Shown: in pieces, positions 9,538 to 20,800 of the stretch | How the letters are laid out: the number at the start of each line of letters is the position of its first letter | Numbering within the stretch: the stretch's first letter is position 1 | Assembly (NCBI GenBank): GCA_963932905.1 | Contig: CAWVRN010000001.1 | Location: 352,001-416,000 of the forward strand | Source: an uncultured Bdellovibrio sp. | GTDB lineage: Bacteria; Bdellovibrionota; Bdellovibrionia; Bdellovibrionales; Bdellovibrionaceae | Length of the DNA: 64,000 nucleotides | Direction: 5' to 3' | Program-made: the position numbers and the translations under genes | The notes under the pieces: model-generated | The model's input: only the letters and a program-made list of their open reading frames with translations | Told to the model about the DNA's origin: nothing | Databases searched by the model: none

Positions 9538-10266
9538 TTAAAATTTGATTAAACTCATTTGTGGGTTGAGTTCTTTAAAACTCTTTCCAAGATCCTGATT
9601 CACTCGCTGAAAGTTCGTAACGCTATCTTTTCCCATTTTGTTTTGCATTCCAAACTGCTCGCTTTGTAGTTTTAGCATCTGCGTATTAAGCCGAATCAAT
9701 TGCGACAGTGACCTAAGAATCTGAGCGCTGGTTTCCGCCTGTATTCTCATAGCCCCCTTGGGCGATGCTGCCCGGCTATCGATGGCCACTCGAATTGAGT
9801 TTTCTTCTTGCTTCACTGAGTATTCTTTAAAATCGTTTATCATTCTAAGACTTTCTGAAATGGTTTGATCATGTAGTCTTTGCATAAACTCTTCTTTGCT
9901 CTTAGGAACAGCACCATAGATTTCTGAAATCTTTTCCACAGCCTTTTTGAAATTTCGTATTTCAGAAAGTACTTTTTCATCTTTGATCGGTAAGGTTTCA
10001 ATAAGACCCAATGAATTATCTAGTCCCGAGTTAACCAGCCTCAAGTAATCCCGCTGGTCTTTTGCAAGTTCAATCATGGTCTTAAGCTGATAATACCGAC
10101 GAATATTCTCCTCGAGAATTTTTATCAAGTAGGAAACCTGTGTCCATCCAGATCCATCGGTAAACGCTCCAGCTTTTGGCGGGATCATGAGACCAATAAT
10201 TAAAAAGACAATTGCCGAGATCCGAAAATATCCCGCTGACAATATTTTTAATTTAAACACCTTCAT
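9538..10266 (-). CDS. VirB5/TrbJ-like secreted helical protein
   Basis: Signal peptide, coiled-coil, Gln-rich C-terminus; lies between virB4-like and virB6-like genes. Confidence 0.55.
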   Translation of the reverse strand: MKVFKLKILSAGYFRISAIVFLIIGLMIPPKAGAFTDGSGWTQVSYLIKILEENIRRYYQLKTMIELAKDQRDYLRLVNSGLDNSLGLIETLPIKDEKVLSEIRNFKKAVEKISEIYGAVPKSKEEFMQRLHDQTISESLRMINDFKEYSVKQEENSIRVAIDSRAASPKGAMRIQAETSAQILRSLSQLIRLNTQMLKLQSEQFGMQNKMGKDSVTNFQRVNQDLGKSFKELNPQMSLIKF

Positions 10267-12680
10267 GATCTATCCAATTCGTTTTCAAAGGCAAGTCGTT
10301 GCAGAATTTGAATCTTTGATTCATTCGGATGCCTATCCTCCATTTCTTTAATTTTTGCTTTTTCATTTCCGTCACTGGTGCAGATCCAGTAACTCAGTGG
10401 TTCCGGAACTAGTCTAAGAATAGCCTGATTTTCATCCTGCATAAGATAAAATTCAGAGTACTTTCCTTTCACGATCTCAAGGCTTTTTATCGCTTCTACT
10501 TGAGAGTCATTGAAATCAAAACTCGATTTAAAATCGTTCCAATCGATTTTTCGTTGACGCAAAATGAACACGTTTGTTGTATTCGGCATTAAGCTCTCGG
10601 CTAGGTCTTTGTCAGACAAAAAATCTCGATAGTTTTGGGAAATGCAATAAATCCCAGCGTTATATTTTCTAAAGGTACGAAAACAATCGATAGCAAAATC
10701 TCTTCCGCTCTCTGTTTTGAAAAGACGCTGAGCCTCATCAATTATCAACAAGTAAGGAGTTTGAAGGTCCCTAGCTGCCTCTGTCTTAATATAGCTTGTA
10801 AACAGCAGTAAAAATATGTCTTTTAACTCGCGATGGTTGTCTAGTCCTTTGATTTCAATCGTGATTAAATCTGATTTTAATTTTACGTTACTTTGCCGAT
10901 CTAGCATTCGTCCATAGGCCGTGTCGCCAGTCCAAGAAAATAATATTTGAGCGTATTTTCTCATTTCAGGCTCCACATGCTCAGTAAGAATTGTTTTTAA
11001 ATCAGTTAATACTGGAACCCGATCTTTTACACTTTGGTACATTCTAAAAATCGACTCTTCGAGAAGGGCTTTTTCCCGCTTTGGAAGCCCTTTTTTATCA
11101 TCGTCTTTTAAAATCAGCTCTAGCACTCCAAGCATCATTTTAATTCGTGATGGAGTCGGTACGAGTTCCCCCTCCTCAAGATCAAATAAGTTAATCGAAA
11201 TTCCTGATTCTAAAGTCAGGTCGATAAACTCGCCGCCAAGTACCTCAAGCAGCCGCTGCGATGAAGCGCCGTTATCAATCCATATAATTTTTGGATTTGG
11301 CTCTTGGCCGTAGAACTGTAGCATCAATTGGGCGACGCTAAACGATTTACCGGAGCCGCTACCGCCAAATACAAGCCCATTCCAATTGGGAAGTTCCTTA
11401 GCAAATGGGTCCAGTGAAAAAAGTGAATTTTCTCGATTTGGCAGCAAGCACACCGGTCTATTGTTACCCAGCCAGCATGAATAAAACGGTAGCAAGTGCG
11501 CGGCGTTTGACGTTTTAATCTTCTTAAGCCTAAACCCTTTGCAAATTGACGGCGCAGCCGCCATAAAAGCTTCCAGACCCGCATAGGTTTCTTGTATCCC
11601 TTCGGCCTGGTTTAAAGATCGAAAGGATCGCAAAACTTCGTCGGTTTTCGTTTCAAGTTCTTCTTGACTGTCGGCCCAAACGACGACGTTAAAATCCATC
11701 ATTACAATTTTCTCACACCCCTCATGAAGTTCACGAGTTAGACTCTCAATCTGCTCAAACTGGGTTTCACTTTCAATATCAGAAACATTCTTGCTACCTG
11801 AAGCCATCGAGCGCGCCACTCTTCGGCCTAGTTCAAGTTTACTTAGCTCCTTTTTTTGATTCAGACTTTTCAAATTTTGACTGATCCAAAAATGAAATGG
11901 CAGCTTAGTGAAATTCTCAATCATAGCCGCATGTGTTTTTCCTTCTGGCAAAATGGCAAGCGTTAATACCCGGAATTTTAAGTCAGAAATGGTAATAGCG
12001 TCTTTATCTACACTTATATCACTCAGTACAATTTGTTCAGACAGGGTATGATCAATTGAATCTTGACGAAGATACGGTAGGCCTATGCCTTCATGACGAG
12101 GTTTATTAAAATAGGTAAAAATATTTCCGTACCACTCAATAGGATCAATTTCAGTTGGAAATAGTCCCGCCGATTCAAGACCACTTTTAACAAGCGTCAT
12201 CGTTCTTTCAAATTTTTGACGATGTTGATCGTAGTCCTTCTTTGTCATTGCCTCAAATGATTCTCTTTTTTGCCAAAATCGTCTTTGCTTCATTCGATGG
12301 CTAGCGGACCTAACAAAGACAAAAATTTCTGGCACAAAATATTCTCGGTTTTTTGCGTTCTTTCTTAAATAGTTGACCCTGGCCTCACGTACTGGTTGAT
12401 AGCTATCTTTACAATTTTTAGAAACATCTTCGTGCTTTTGAATAATGCTTTCGACATCATGATTAAGTTTATAAAAAAGCTGTAAAGAATACTCTTCGGG
12501 CAAAGAGTTAAGGAGTCCCTCTATTTTTTCCGAAAAGTAATTTACCTCCGCCGGTGTTTTTAAACTGATATCGTTTCCGATAACTCTAAATCCCGAACCC
12601 AAAGATGCGTCACTAAAAACGACTAACTTGTCGTCTAGGTGCCAAAGTCCTAGCATGTCTTTAATTTGATTTGCCATCAA
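10263..12680 (-). CDS. virB4: VirB4/TraC-family T4SS ATPase
   Basis: 805 aa; Walker A GGSGSGKS, IDNGAS, Walker B IIDEA, FRKYNAG.SQ. Confidence 0.92.
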   Translation of the reverse strand: MMANQIKDMLGLWHLDDKLVVFSDASLGSGFRVIGNDISLKTPAEVNYFSEKIEGLLNSLPEEYSLQLFYKLNHDVESIIQKHEDVSKNCKDSYQPVREARVNYLRKNAKNREYFVPEIFVFVRSASHRMKQRRFWQKRESFEAMTKKDYDQHRQKFERTMTLVKSGLESAGLFPTEIDPIEWYGNIFTYFNKPRHEGIGLPYLRQDSIDHTLSEQIVLSDISVDKDAITISDLKFRVLTLAILPEGKTHAAMIENFTKLPFHFWISQNLKSLNQKKELSKLELGRRVARSMASGSKNVSDIESETQFEQIESLTRELHEGCEKIVMMDFNVVVWADSQEELETKTDEVLRSFRSLNQAEGIQETYAGLEAFMAAAPSICKGFRLKKIKTSNAAHLLPFYSCWLGNNRPVCLLPNRENSLFSLDPFAKELPNWNGLVFGGSGSGKSFSVAQLMLQFYGQEPNPKIIWIDNGASSQRLLEVLGGEFIDLTLESGISINLFDLEEGELVPTPSRIKMMLGVLELILKDDDKKGLPKREKALLEESIFRMYQSVKDRVPVLTDLKTILTEHVEPEMRKYAQILFSWTGDTAYGRMLDRQSNVKLKSDLITIEIKGLDNHRELKDIFLLLFTSYIKTEAARDLQTPYLLIIDEAQRLFKTESGRDFAIDCFRTFRKYNAGIYCISQNYRDFLSDKDLAESLMPNTTNVFILRQRKIDWNDFKSSFDFNDSQVEAIKSLEIVKGKYSEFYLMQDENQAILRLVPEPLSYWICTSDGNEKAKIKEMEDRHPNESKIQILQRLAFENELDRS

Positions 12681-12987
12681 TTCTAACTCCTAATATTTTT
12701 TCACGATTTGATTGGTCATTTCCGGCGGCAAAGAATCCCTTGGTTAAATGAAATTTTACCAAGTGGATAAGATAGTCATCCGGCTTTCCTCTTTTTCCAA
12801 AATATAAAATGCCGAGTAAAGTGGCCGGTAAGACAATCACAAAAATAACAGACAATGAGGTCCGACCAAAAAACAAATTCATTGTTGAAGCAAATATCAG
12901 AACGGCTAAAATGTCGGGGGCTTCCATGCCCCCAATTTTGATTTTAGCGTCCAGCTTCCTGTGGACAGTAGATTCTTTAAACTCCAC
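12661..12987 (-). CDS. VirB3-like membrane protein
   Basis: 108 aa, two TM helices, immediately upstream of virB4. Confidence 0.7.
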   Translation of the reverse strand: MEFKESTVHRKLDAKIKIGGMEAPDILAVLIFASTMNLFFGRTSLSVIFVIVLPATLLGILYFGKRGKPDDYLIHLVKFHLTKGFFAAGNDQSNREKILGVRIDGKSN

Positions 12988-13298
12988 TACATCCCTGAAA
13001 TACTTTGAAGCCAGCGGATAAGCATGGGTGCTAAAAACCCAACAATACTAGCCACTGCCACAAGTACCATTCGAGACTTTGCCTCAGCATCACCCGTTGC
13101 TGCCAGTATCGCTGCATACACAAGGCCCAGAACGCTGACCGCAGGCAAGAGCACGTTTACAAGTCCCTTTGTTACGCCGCCCACCTTACTCTGAAAGTCG
13201 CCGCCTCCGTACTGCGCAAATGATAGTTCTGGCATAAAAAGGGTAATGCCAATATAGGCAATTGCACCCAAAGCAATCCAAGATTGATTTTTTATCAA
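12987..13298 (-). CDS. VirB2/TrbC-like pilin
   Basis: Signal peptide ending ELSFA followed by two hydrophobic helices; upstream of the virB3-like gene. Confidence 0.75.
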   Translation of the reverse strand: MIKNQSWIALGAIAYIGITLFMPELSFAQYGGGDFQSKVGGVTKGLVNVLLPAVSVLGLVYAAILAATGDAEAKSRMVLVAVASIVGFLAPMLIRWLQSISGM

Positions 13299-13301
13299 AT
13301 A

Positions 13302-13640
13302 CTACTCTTCCGTGTGAAGTGCTAAAATCCGTGAATAAGGTCCTAGTTCCATAAAAATATAGGGACCGGCACTTTTAGAGCTTTTCCCCGAACCAATCGG
13401 CGAAGACCGAACAAATTTTCCTTCTTTTCTTAGACTAACATCAACGCGGTAGTGAACCGTTTCGCCATCCGACCCCGTTGGCCTTAAGAAAATGTATTTT
13501 TCATCGGGCATGGCATCGACCTTAAGTCGAAACTCACCTTTATCTTCGTGGTAGAATGCTACTCCCGCCGGAAATTTTCGGCCGGTTTCTTTATCAATCC
13601 ATTCAAGATCTAATTTTTTATTTTTTACTCTGTTTTCCAT
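13302..13640 (-). CDS. Small beta-rich protein, possibly DUF736-like ssDNA-binding
   Basis: Internally duplicated G-x-(A/G) strand pattern (PAGVAF...FRLKVD; PIGSG...YIFMELG). Confidence 0.4.
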   Translation of the reverse strand: MENRVKNKKLDLEWIDKETGRKFPAGVAFYHEDKGEFRLKVDAMPDEKYIFLRPTGSDGETVHYRVDVSLRKEGKFVRSSPIGSGKSSKSAGPYIFMELGPYSRILALHTEE

Positions 13641-13689
13641 ATTTAATTTTCCTCCCTAGAATCTAGTTTGTTGTTTGTTTTGTTCTGCT

Positions 13690-13941
13690 TTATGCTGATT
13701 TAAGGTTTAAAAGTTCTTCTCTCATTAAACTCAGCGCCTTAGCGTGGGTCACTTTTACGTCGTAAAGTTCCATACCCAGTGTTTGAGCAATATGTTTTAG
13801 CCCCATGCCTAGCCAATATTTTAAATATACGATGGCCCTCTCGTCGGCTGGCAAATTCATCGCTATTTGTTTAACCTCCAATTTTTCTTTGTCGTTCAAC
13901 GGAAAACTCCATGTCTTCTGGTTTTCTATTTTCACGTGCAA
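13690..13941 (-). CDS. Stand-alone sigma-70 region 4 HTH protein
   Basis: LPADERAIVYLKYWLGMGLKHIAQTLG...VKVTHAKALSLMR. Confidence 0.8.
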   Translation of the reverse strand: MHVKIENQKTWSFPLNDKEKLEVKQIAMNLPADERAIVYLKYWLGMGLKHIAQTLGMELYDVKVTHAKALSLMREELLNLKSA

Positions 13942-13948
13942 TTACCTT

Positions 13949-14161
13949 TCATCCTAAAAAGTGAATTCGCATAAATTTAAGTTCATTTTGTCGCTTGATT
14001 TCATCAATCTTGCGATCATCAACTTCACTGCTGAATAGTCTTTTCCAAAAACTATTCTTTAGTTCTTTTCCCATTGGAATTTTCGAGTTCTGATTTGTAT
14101 CTTTAGGCGCATTCTTTTTCATCTTGTTCCGCCTCCTCTTTGCTATCGATTTCGTTTTCAT
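13949..14161 (-). CDS. Small basic hypothetical protein
   Basis: 70 aa ORF in the leading part of the ICE operon. Confidence 0.45.
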   Translation of the reverse strand: MKTKSIAKRRRNKMKKNAPKDTNQNSKIPMGKELKNSFWKRLFSSEVDDRKIDEIKRQNELKFMRIHFLG

Positions 14162-14321
14162 TATAGGAAAGTATTTCCCTTGCTTCCCTCAATGCTTTCA
14201 AATTCTCTGCTTCGGGATCACTCCAGTAGTCTTCAAAATAAAAACATCCTGAGCAGTGCGAGTAGGTTCGCAACACTTCTAAATTCCCCCCGCAACGCGG
14301 GCATTTTTTTCTAATTGCCAT
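14103..14321 (-). CDS. Small zinc-ribbon protein, first gene of the transfer operon
   Basis: CPRC...CSGC; RBS GAAGGGGG upstream. Confidence 0.6.
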   Translation of the reverse strand: MAIRKKCPRCGGNLEVLRTYSHCSGCFYFEDYWSDPEAENLKALREAREILSYNENEIDSKEEAEQDEKECA

Positions 14322-14875
14322 AATTGGCCCCCTTCAAAAGGACGTCTTTGTTGCTGTCCTTTCACCAATTACTAATGCAAAAAACAGTGGGCTTTATGCC
14401 AGCCCGATAACATATTGGAATGAGAAACAAATTTGATTTGATGTAGATTTTGCCTAGGGATGCAAAGTTCGTTTTCGCGGAGTTCGAGTTCGCTATTAGA
14501 CGAGCTTACCGTTCACAGAAAATAACCTGATACGATTTGGGATTTTGCAATGGGGATTCAATCCTCGCCCACTTGAAACTGCAATAAAATGTATCTATCA
14601 AACAGTTGGGGACTGGAACCAGTTTATCTAAACTTTTATTTCGACATTAGTAAAACGAGCTTGAATTCAATGTCCAACTAAATCAAGTGTATTATTATGA
14701 TATTTTTTTCCACTAGTGTTTGTAAATCATATTAGATTATGAAGTACTCTAATTTAACCAATCGCCTTCTTGTTGTAAAATCTCATTTCTAGATACAATA
14801 AAAATTGTTTACCCTTAAGTCTTGGATTTAGAAATCCGAGACTTTTATCGAACCAATCTTAAGGGGAGCCATCTC

Positions 14876-17800
14876 ATGTATCGCTTAACGGCTATCGCTA
14901 TTCTATTGTTTGCTCAGTTCGTCCTTGCTCAAAACACCGCAGATCAGGTTGTGGTCTTTCCTGATAAGACCTACCGTGGCTCCTTCAAATCGGTCAATCA
15001 AGTTACCGAAACAATTAGCGTCACTTCAGACGCAATCAAAAATGACTTTATCATTAAGATGAAAAACGCCGACGGTCAGAATCACGAAAATGTCGTCTGC
15101 GCGGGCGGACTACTTCAAAAATGTTCCTGCGGTCTTAAGAACCTTGCTAATTTACTTTATCGCACTTTTTTCAGAGTTGAATATGCCGAAATCACTTGGA
15201 ACGGTAAAAAGGTAGTTGATGCAAGTACGTTCAACAAAAATGTCGCCCTACTTTCAGTTTCGGTAAAACCAGAGTTAAATAACTCCCTGGTGATAAAATA
15301 TAGGGGATTCTTTACTTCGTATTTCTCCCTTGGAATTTATCGTCCGTCTTCACCGAAAGACACTACCGCACCGACAATTTTGACTCAGTTGCGTAGCAAT
15401 ACGTTTACAAATCAAAAATCGGTATCAGTAGAAATTCAAGATATTTCAAATGTCACATCAACAGTTTCCATCAATGGGGCCGTAGTTAAATCGTCAACGG
15501 CAAAAAGTTTTACTTTCGATCTTGTCAACGGAAACAATAATATTGAAATCAAATCTCAAGATCAGTTTAACAATATAGCTTCGCCAGTGCTGATTTCAAA
15601 TGTGGTCTTAGATCAAACGAACCCAAGTATTTCTCTGTCGTCGAACGATCCGGTTTATGTTAACTCACTACCGAAAACTTTAGCTGTCCAGTTCATATCA
15701 AACGAGCCTTTGAAATCGCTTCTCGTGAATTCAAATCAGGTATCGTTAGATGAGAGTGGTAAAATCGGTGTCTATAATCTAAACGTGTTGCAATCTGGCG
15801 CCAATAATGTCGCCGTTCAACCGACAGATCTTGCGGGAAATGTATCAAATCAAAATTTATCTCTTTCCGTAATATTGGATAACACTGCTCCTGTTATAAC
15901 CTTTGGAATAGCCGAAGGAACGTTAACTAATCAAAGCTTGATCGTAGTTCCAGTGAAAATTACAGAGGCGAATGATGTCCATTCGATTATCAAAGTTAAC
16001 GGTGTCGATGTGCTCAGGACAGGCGCAAAGGAATTCGATTTCGAAGCTAGCCTTTTATTAGAGGGTGAAAATCAAATTCAGGTTGAAAGTACCGATATTG
16101 CTGGGAATATCGCCATTTCTGAAATATTGAAAATACAAAGAGATACTGTTGTTCCAATTTTAACCATCACCTCTCCAACGCCGAATCAAATTTTGCAAGA
16201 TATCCAATTTACATTGTCCGGTTCGTTTAGCGAAGCCGTAAGCACGCTAAAAATAAACAATAAAGATATAGTTTTGTCAGCAGATAAAAAATCATTTTCC
16301 ATTCAGTACTTAACCCAATACGAAGGAGTCCAAGAGATTCAATTTCTAGCAGAAGACTTAGCCGGAAACATTTTAGAAAAATCAATATCGATAGAGATTC
16401 ATTCGCCGCTTCTAGTACCTGAGTTAATTTCATTAACTCAGGTCGAAGACCAGGTTTTTATCCACGGTGCCCAGCAAGCCTCTCGACCTGGTTTAACGAT
16501 CAAAGCCAGCGAAGGTTTTTTAAGCTTTAACACTGATGAATCCATCGTTAACCCAGACGGCAGTTTTTCATTAAAACTGACGCCATTCCAATCGGCGACA
16601 GTTTCAGTTGAAGACCCACGAGTGAATCAAACCTCGTCATTCGTTGTTCAGTTTAGCGGCATCACAAGACTTTCTGGTATTATTCGCGACATTAACGATG
16701 TGGCCATTCCAAATGTGACTGTCTCTCTATCTGGAACTACGTTTCAAACCGTTACTAACGGCCAAGGGGCATTTAGTTTTGAACTTAATATTTCCGGAGA
16801 CCAAACTCTTAATTTTGATGGCTCAACGGTTCCGACTTCGTTCACTGGACCAAGTCGATACTTTTCAAAATCATCAATGTCTATAAACCTTGGTTATGCT
16901 CAGCAAAATATTTTAAACAGACCGATTTATCTAACTCCGACTCTTTTAGATGGAACGCAGACGCAAGTTGTCGCCAATCAACCTGCTAACGTTAGCAGTT
17001 CGCACGCTCCTGGCGTAGAACTGGCTGTTCCCTCTAATGCGAGTGTATTTCCGTCTGGTTCTGGTCAAGGCAGTATAAATATTATGACCATTCCTTCGGA
17101 TAAAGTCACAGTGCCAGTTCCGGCCAGCGCAGTTCCAAATGCAGTGGTTTCTTTGGAACCTTCGGGTTTGAGATTTAATCAGCGTGTCGAGTTAACGCTG
17201 CCAAACTCGTATGAACTAAAACCGAACACGGATATGGTAATCTTTAGTATGAATTCCGCCAAAGGTGCTTGGGAAATTGATGGTATTGCCAAAGTTTCTA
17301 GCGACGGACAAAAAATCAAGACCCTTCCTAATCAAGGGATATCCCATTTTAGTATCGTTTATGCAGTTCCTTTGATGCCGACTTTGACTGGGTTAGTTGA
17401 CAGTAACCTAAACGCCGTTGATAGCAGTAAAGATTCCTACGAAACAAGTTTGCAACTTCCCTCGTTTAAAATTGGAGACGAATCTTTTTCACCGCAACTA
17501 AAATATAAATCAATCTGGGCAAACCCTACTGCCTTTGTCTCTAATTATATCGAAATTCCAGAAAAGACGATTACATATTCTAAGTCGTCGGCCTCACAAA
17601 CAAGCTCCTATAGCTCAGTTTACGTCGGGAAGACTTGCGATATTTTTCGTTGCTATTCTCGTTATGCAGATTTTTATACAAACACGTTTTATAATTCGAG
17701 TGTAAACCAGGTTTCTAGTTACGTGCCCAACGGAATTAAATCTCAATTTTTCATAAGCTCGATTAAATCCAGCGACATTGCAACAGGAAATATTTCTAGC

Positions 17801-20800
17801 GATCTATCGAAAGTAACGACTGAAATTTTCGACGATGGCGAGCGTAAAGGCCTGGTTTCAAAAATCGCCAATTTTTCTGATCTTAGTCAATTCTCTGCTT
17901 TACCAATGAGAAACATGGTATCTTATGCTGTTGAACTAAAAGACCCAAGCACGAACAAATACCTTGAATCGGGACTCTACCCATCACTCGCAAGATATCA
18001 AATTCAATTAAAAAACCTTACCATCAAAACAGTTCAAGATAGCGTTACAAACAAAGGCAGGTTTGACTCTAGTTATATTCCCATAGACCAAAGAAATATT
18101 CAGCAGAATACGACGACTACAAAAACCACGCTCGAGACCCAAGTATTAAGCGACTTCCTTCCTAAAGATGTCACTGCAAACGTCGTAGTTCAAAACAAAG
18201 TTGATTCCATATCTGGTCGAGGATGGAAAATTAATGGATACCAACAAATTCTGAATCCAGCTGCGCGAAATATTGTAATTGAAGAGGCCGATGGTTCGGT
18301 AAGTACTTATGAAATGAGTAATATTATTTCTACTGTTTATCAGCCAAACAACGCTTCTATAAAATTAGATCAGGCTTTAGATTTCTCTCAGTGGCCCAAA
18401 ATAGTTACAAGTTACGTTTCTGATAACGGAAAGAGTTACCTAGGCGAAGTTGATTTGTCACAAGCGCAGCCATCTTCTATTTTAGGTCTATTTGAAATAG
18501 GCTCGGCTTCTGGGGCGCTCGGAAATCAGGGCACTTATATTTGTATCGAGTCTAATTACACCGGATCATTTTCTACCACTCGACATTCATACCTTTTTCA
18601 ACCACAACTGTCTAATTTAAGAAGAATATCTAATGGTCGATGGATTGCTACAGATACCAGATCACATAGAGTGGTTGAAATCGGATCAATGCCTAAAGAT
18701 ATCGCCGGAAAGAAGGCAACAATCGAGGAAGTACTAAATTTAAATTTTGGTATTGAACGAATCGATGCAAACTTGGATGGCGTAAATCAAACCTGCCAAT
18801 CGGTGTTTGGGGTCAGCTGTGGAATGCCAGTCGTCGATCAGGCAAATTTATCGTGTACTTTAGCCCTACCTAATGAATGCCCTCCGGGAGTCATTTGTAA
18901 GCCAAGTCCCCCTAAAAAATTTATAGCTAGCACAGGTGATGGTTATCTTTCTACCTATGAAGGCGACGATATTCAGGGTCTAGCGAACTCAGGGCCAAAT
19001 GGGATAGGTCTAAATTCCCCGCAAGGAGTGGTGCTCGATAGTCTGAATAACATTTATATTGCAGATTTCGGAAACAATCGCATCAGAAAGATAGATGCCC
19101 AAACTTCTACGATATCAACTATAGCCGGAAATGGACAAAATTTAAATTTCCCGGAAAACCCAGGGTTAGGCACTAGTGTATCGATTTATCACCCGAAACA
19201 ACTTTTACTCAATTCCCAAAACGAACTATATATTTCAACAGAGAAAGGATTGATTTTAAAACTTAAAACAAACGGACAAATTGAAAAAGTCGCTGGATTA
19301 CCTGTTGAAGAGGGCGGTGTTTTTGCGAATCAAACAAACGCTCTTGTGATGGCTTTGAATAATCCAAACGGAATGGCCATCGATGAATCGAAAAATTACC
19401 TATATGTTGCTGATACTGGTTATCACCGTGTAGTTAGAATCGACCTAGTCAACCAACAAGCTGATGTTATCGCCGGTAATGGTAGCTGCAACTTGCAAGT
19501 TAGCGGGGATGGATTTGCAGCGACGAACGCTTCACTTTGTAGTCCGACTTTTTTACATCTTGATAATGACAAAAATCTGATTGTCCAAGAATCGGGACGA
19601 AAGGCAATACGTAAAATTCAGTTTACTGAAGATAATCAATCACAAGACCTTACCTTTATTGCTAGTAGCAAAGATTTGTCCGTATTGATTAAACACGCTG
19701 ATGGATCTTGGAATCGAAAATTTCGTGATGGCTCAAGTGTAACATTTAGTTCTCTGGGACTTCAGGTGTCCTCTACGGATCGCCTTGGCAGACAAAATAT
19801 TTTCAGTTATGACACTGAAAACAAGATTTCAAAAATTAGTTTTTTCACTGGACAAGAAATTAACTATTTCTACAGCGGTAGACTTTTAAATCGAATTCAA
19901 GATAGCTCAGGTCGATCCACCCAGTTTAGCTACACCGATGGAAAACTAACGAACGTTAGACTTCCCGATGGCGCCGAAAAACAATTTGAATACAATGAAA
20001 AGGGAATGCTTGTTTCTGAAGAGAATCAACTTGGCCAAAAACTCGCGATCGATTACCAATCAAGTAATCGCGTGAACAAAATAAAACTAGCAGATAACAA
20101 AGAAGTTCAATGGAATGATGCTGTTTCCAAAACTCTCACTACGGGATCTAATGACAGTAACTTACTTAAAGGAGTTGGGCTAGCAAGCAATCAAGGCAAC
20201 TCTCAAATCACAGATAGTAATGGCGGCACTACGGTCCTAGTGCCTGACATTAATGGCTATACCTCTATTGCTTCAAATGCGATGGGGGCACAAACAACAA
20301 TAAATAGGGACTTTGAAGGTTTACCTTTAGCGATTGTTCGGCCAACTGGCCACGCGACCCATTTTTCTTACGATCCACTAACTAGAGACGTGGCTTCAAC
20401 GAGCGAATATTACAATTTAGATACCGACCCGGTAGTAAGAAAATTCACTTACAATTCATTCGGTCAAGTCTTGACCGAGACTCAATCCGTTAGAGGCGCA
20501 ACAGATCAAACTACGGTAAAAGAATACTCAAGCGAGGGACTACTTTTAAAAATAACTTCTCCAGACGGAAGTAAAATCGAAATGACCTATGATACCAACG
20601 GTTTTATGAAAACTAGAACTGTGTTCCCTTCATTAGCAGCGGCCGGACTTACAACGACCTACATAAGAAATCAAAAGGGCTGGGTTATAAAACTTATTGG
20701 TCCAGATAGCAAAGAAGTTACATTCTCATATGATCTTTCAGGAAACGTAATCGAGAAAATCGAAAATATCTCGGCATCAACAACCGCAATAACGAAATTT

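Noticed and set aside
14374..14410. Possible sigma54 promoter for the ICE transfer operon
   Set aside because: TGGCA and TTGCA words are present on the minus strand but not at GG-N10-GC spacing to each other; only a weak alternative match exists
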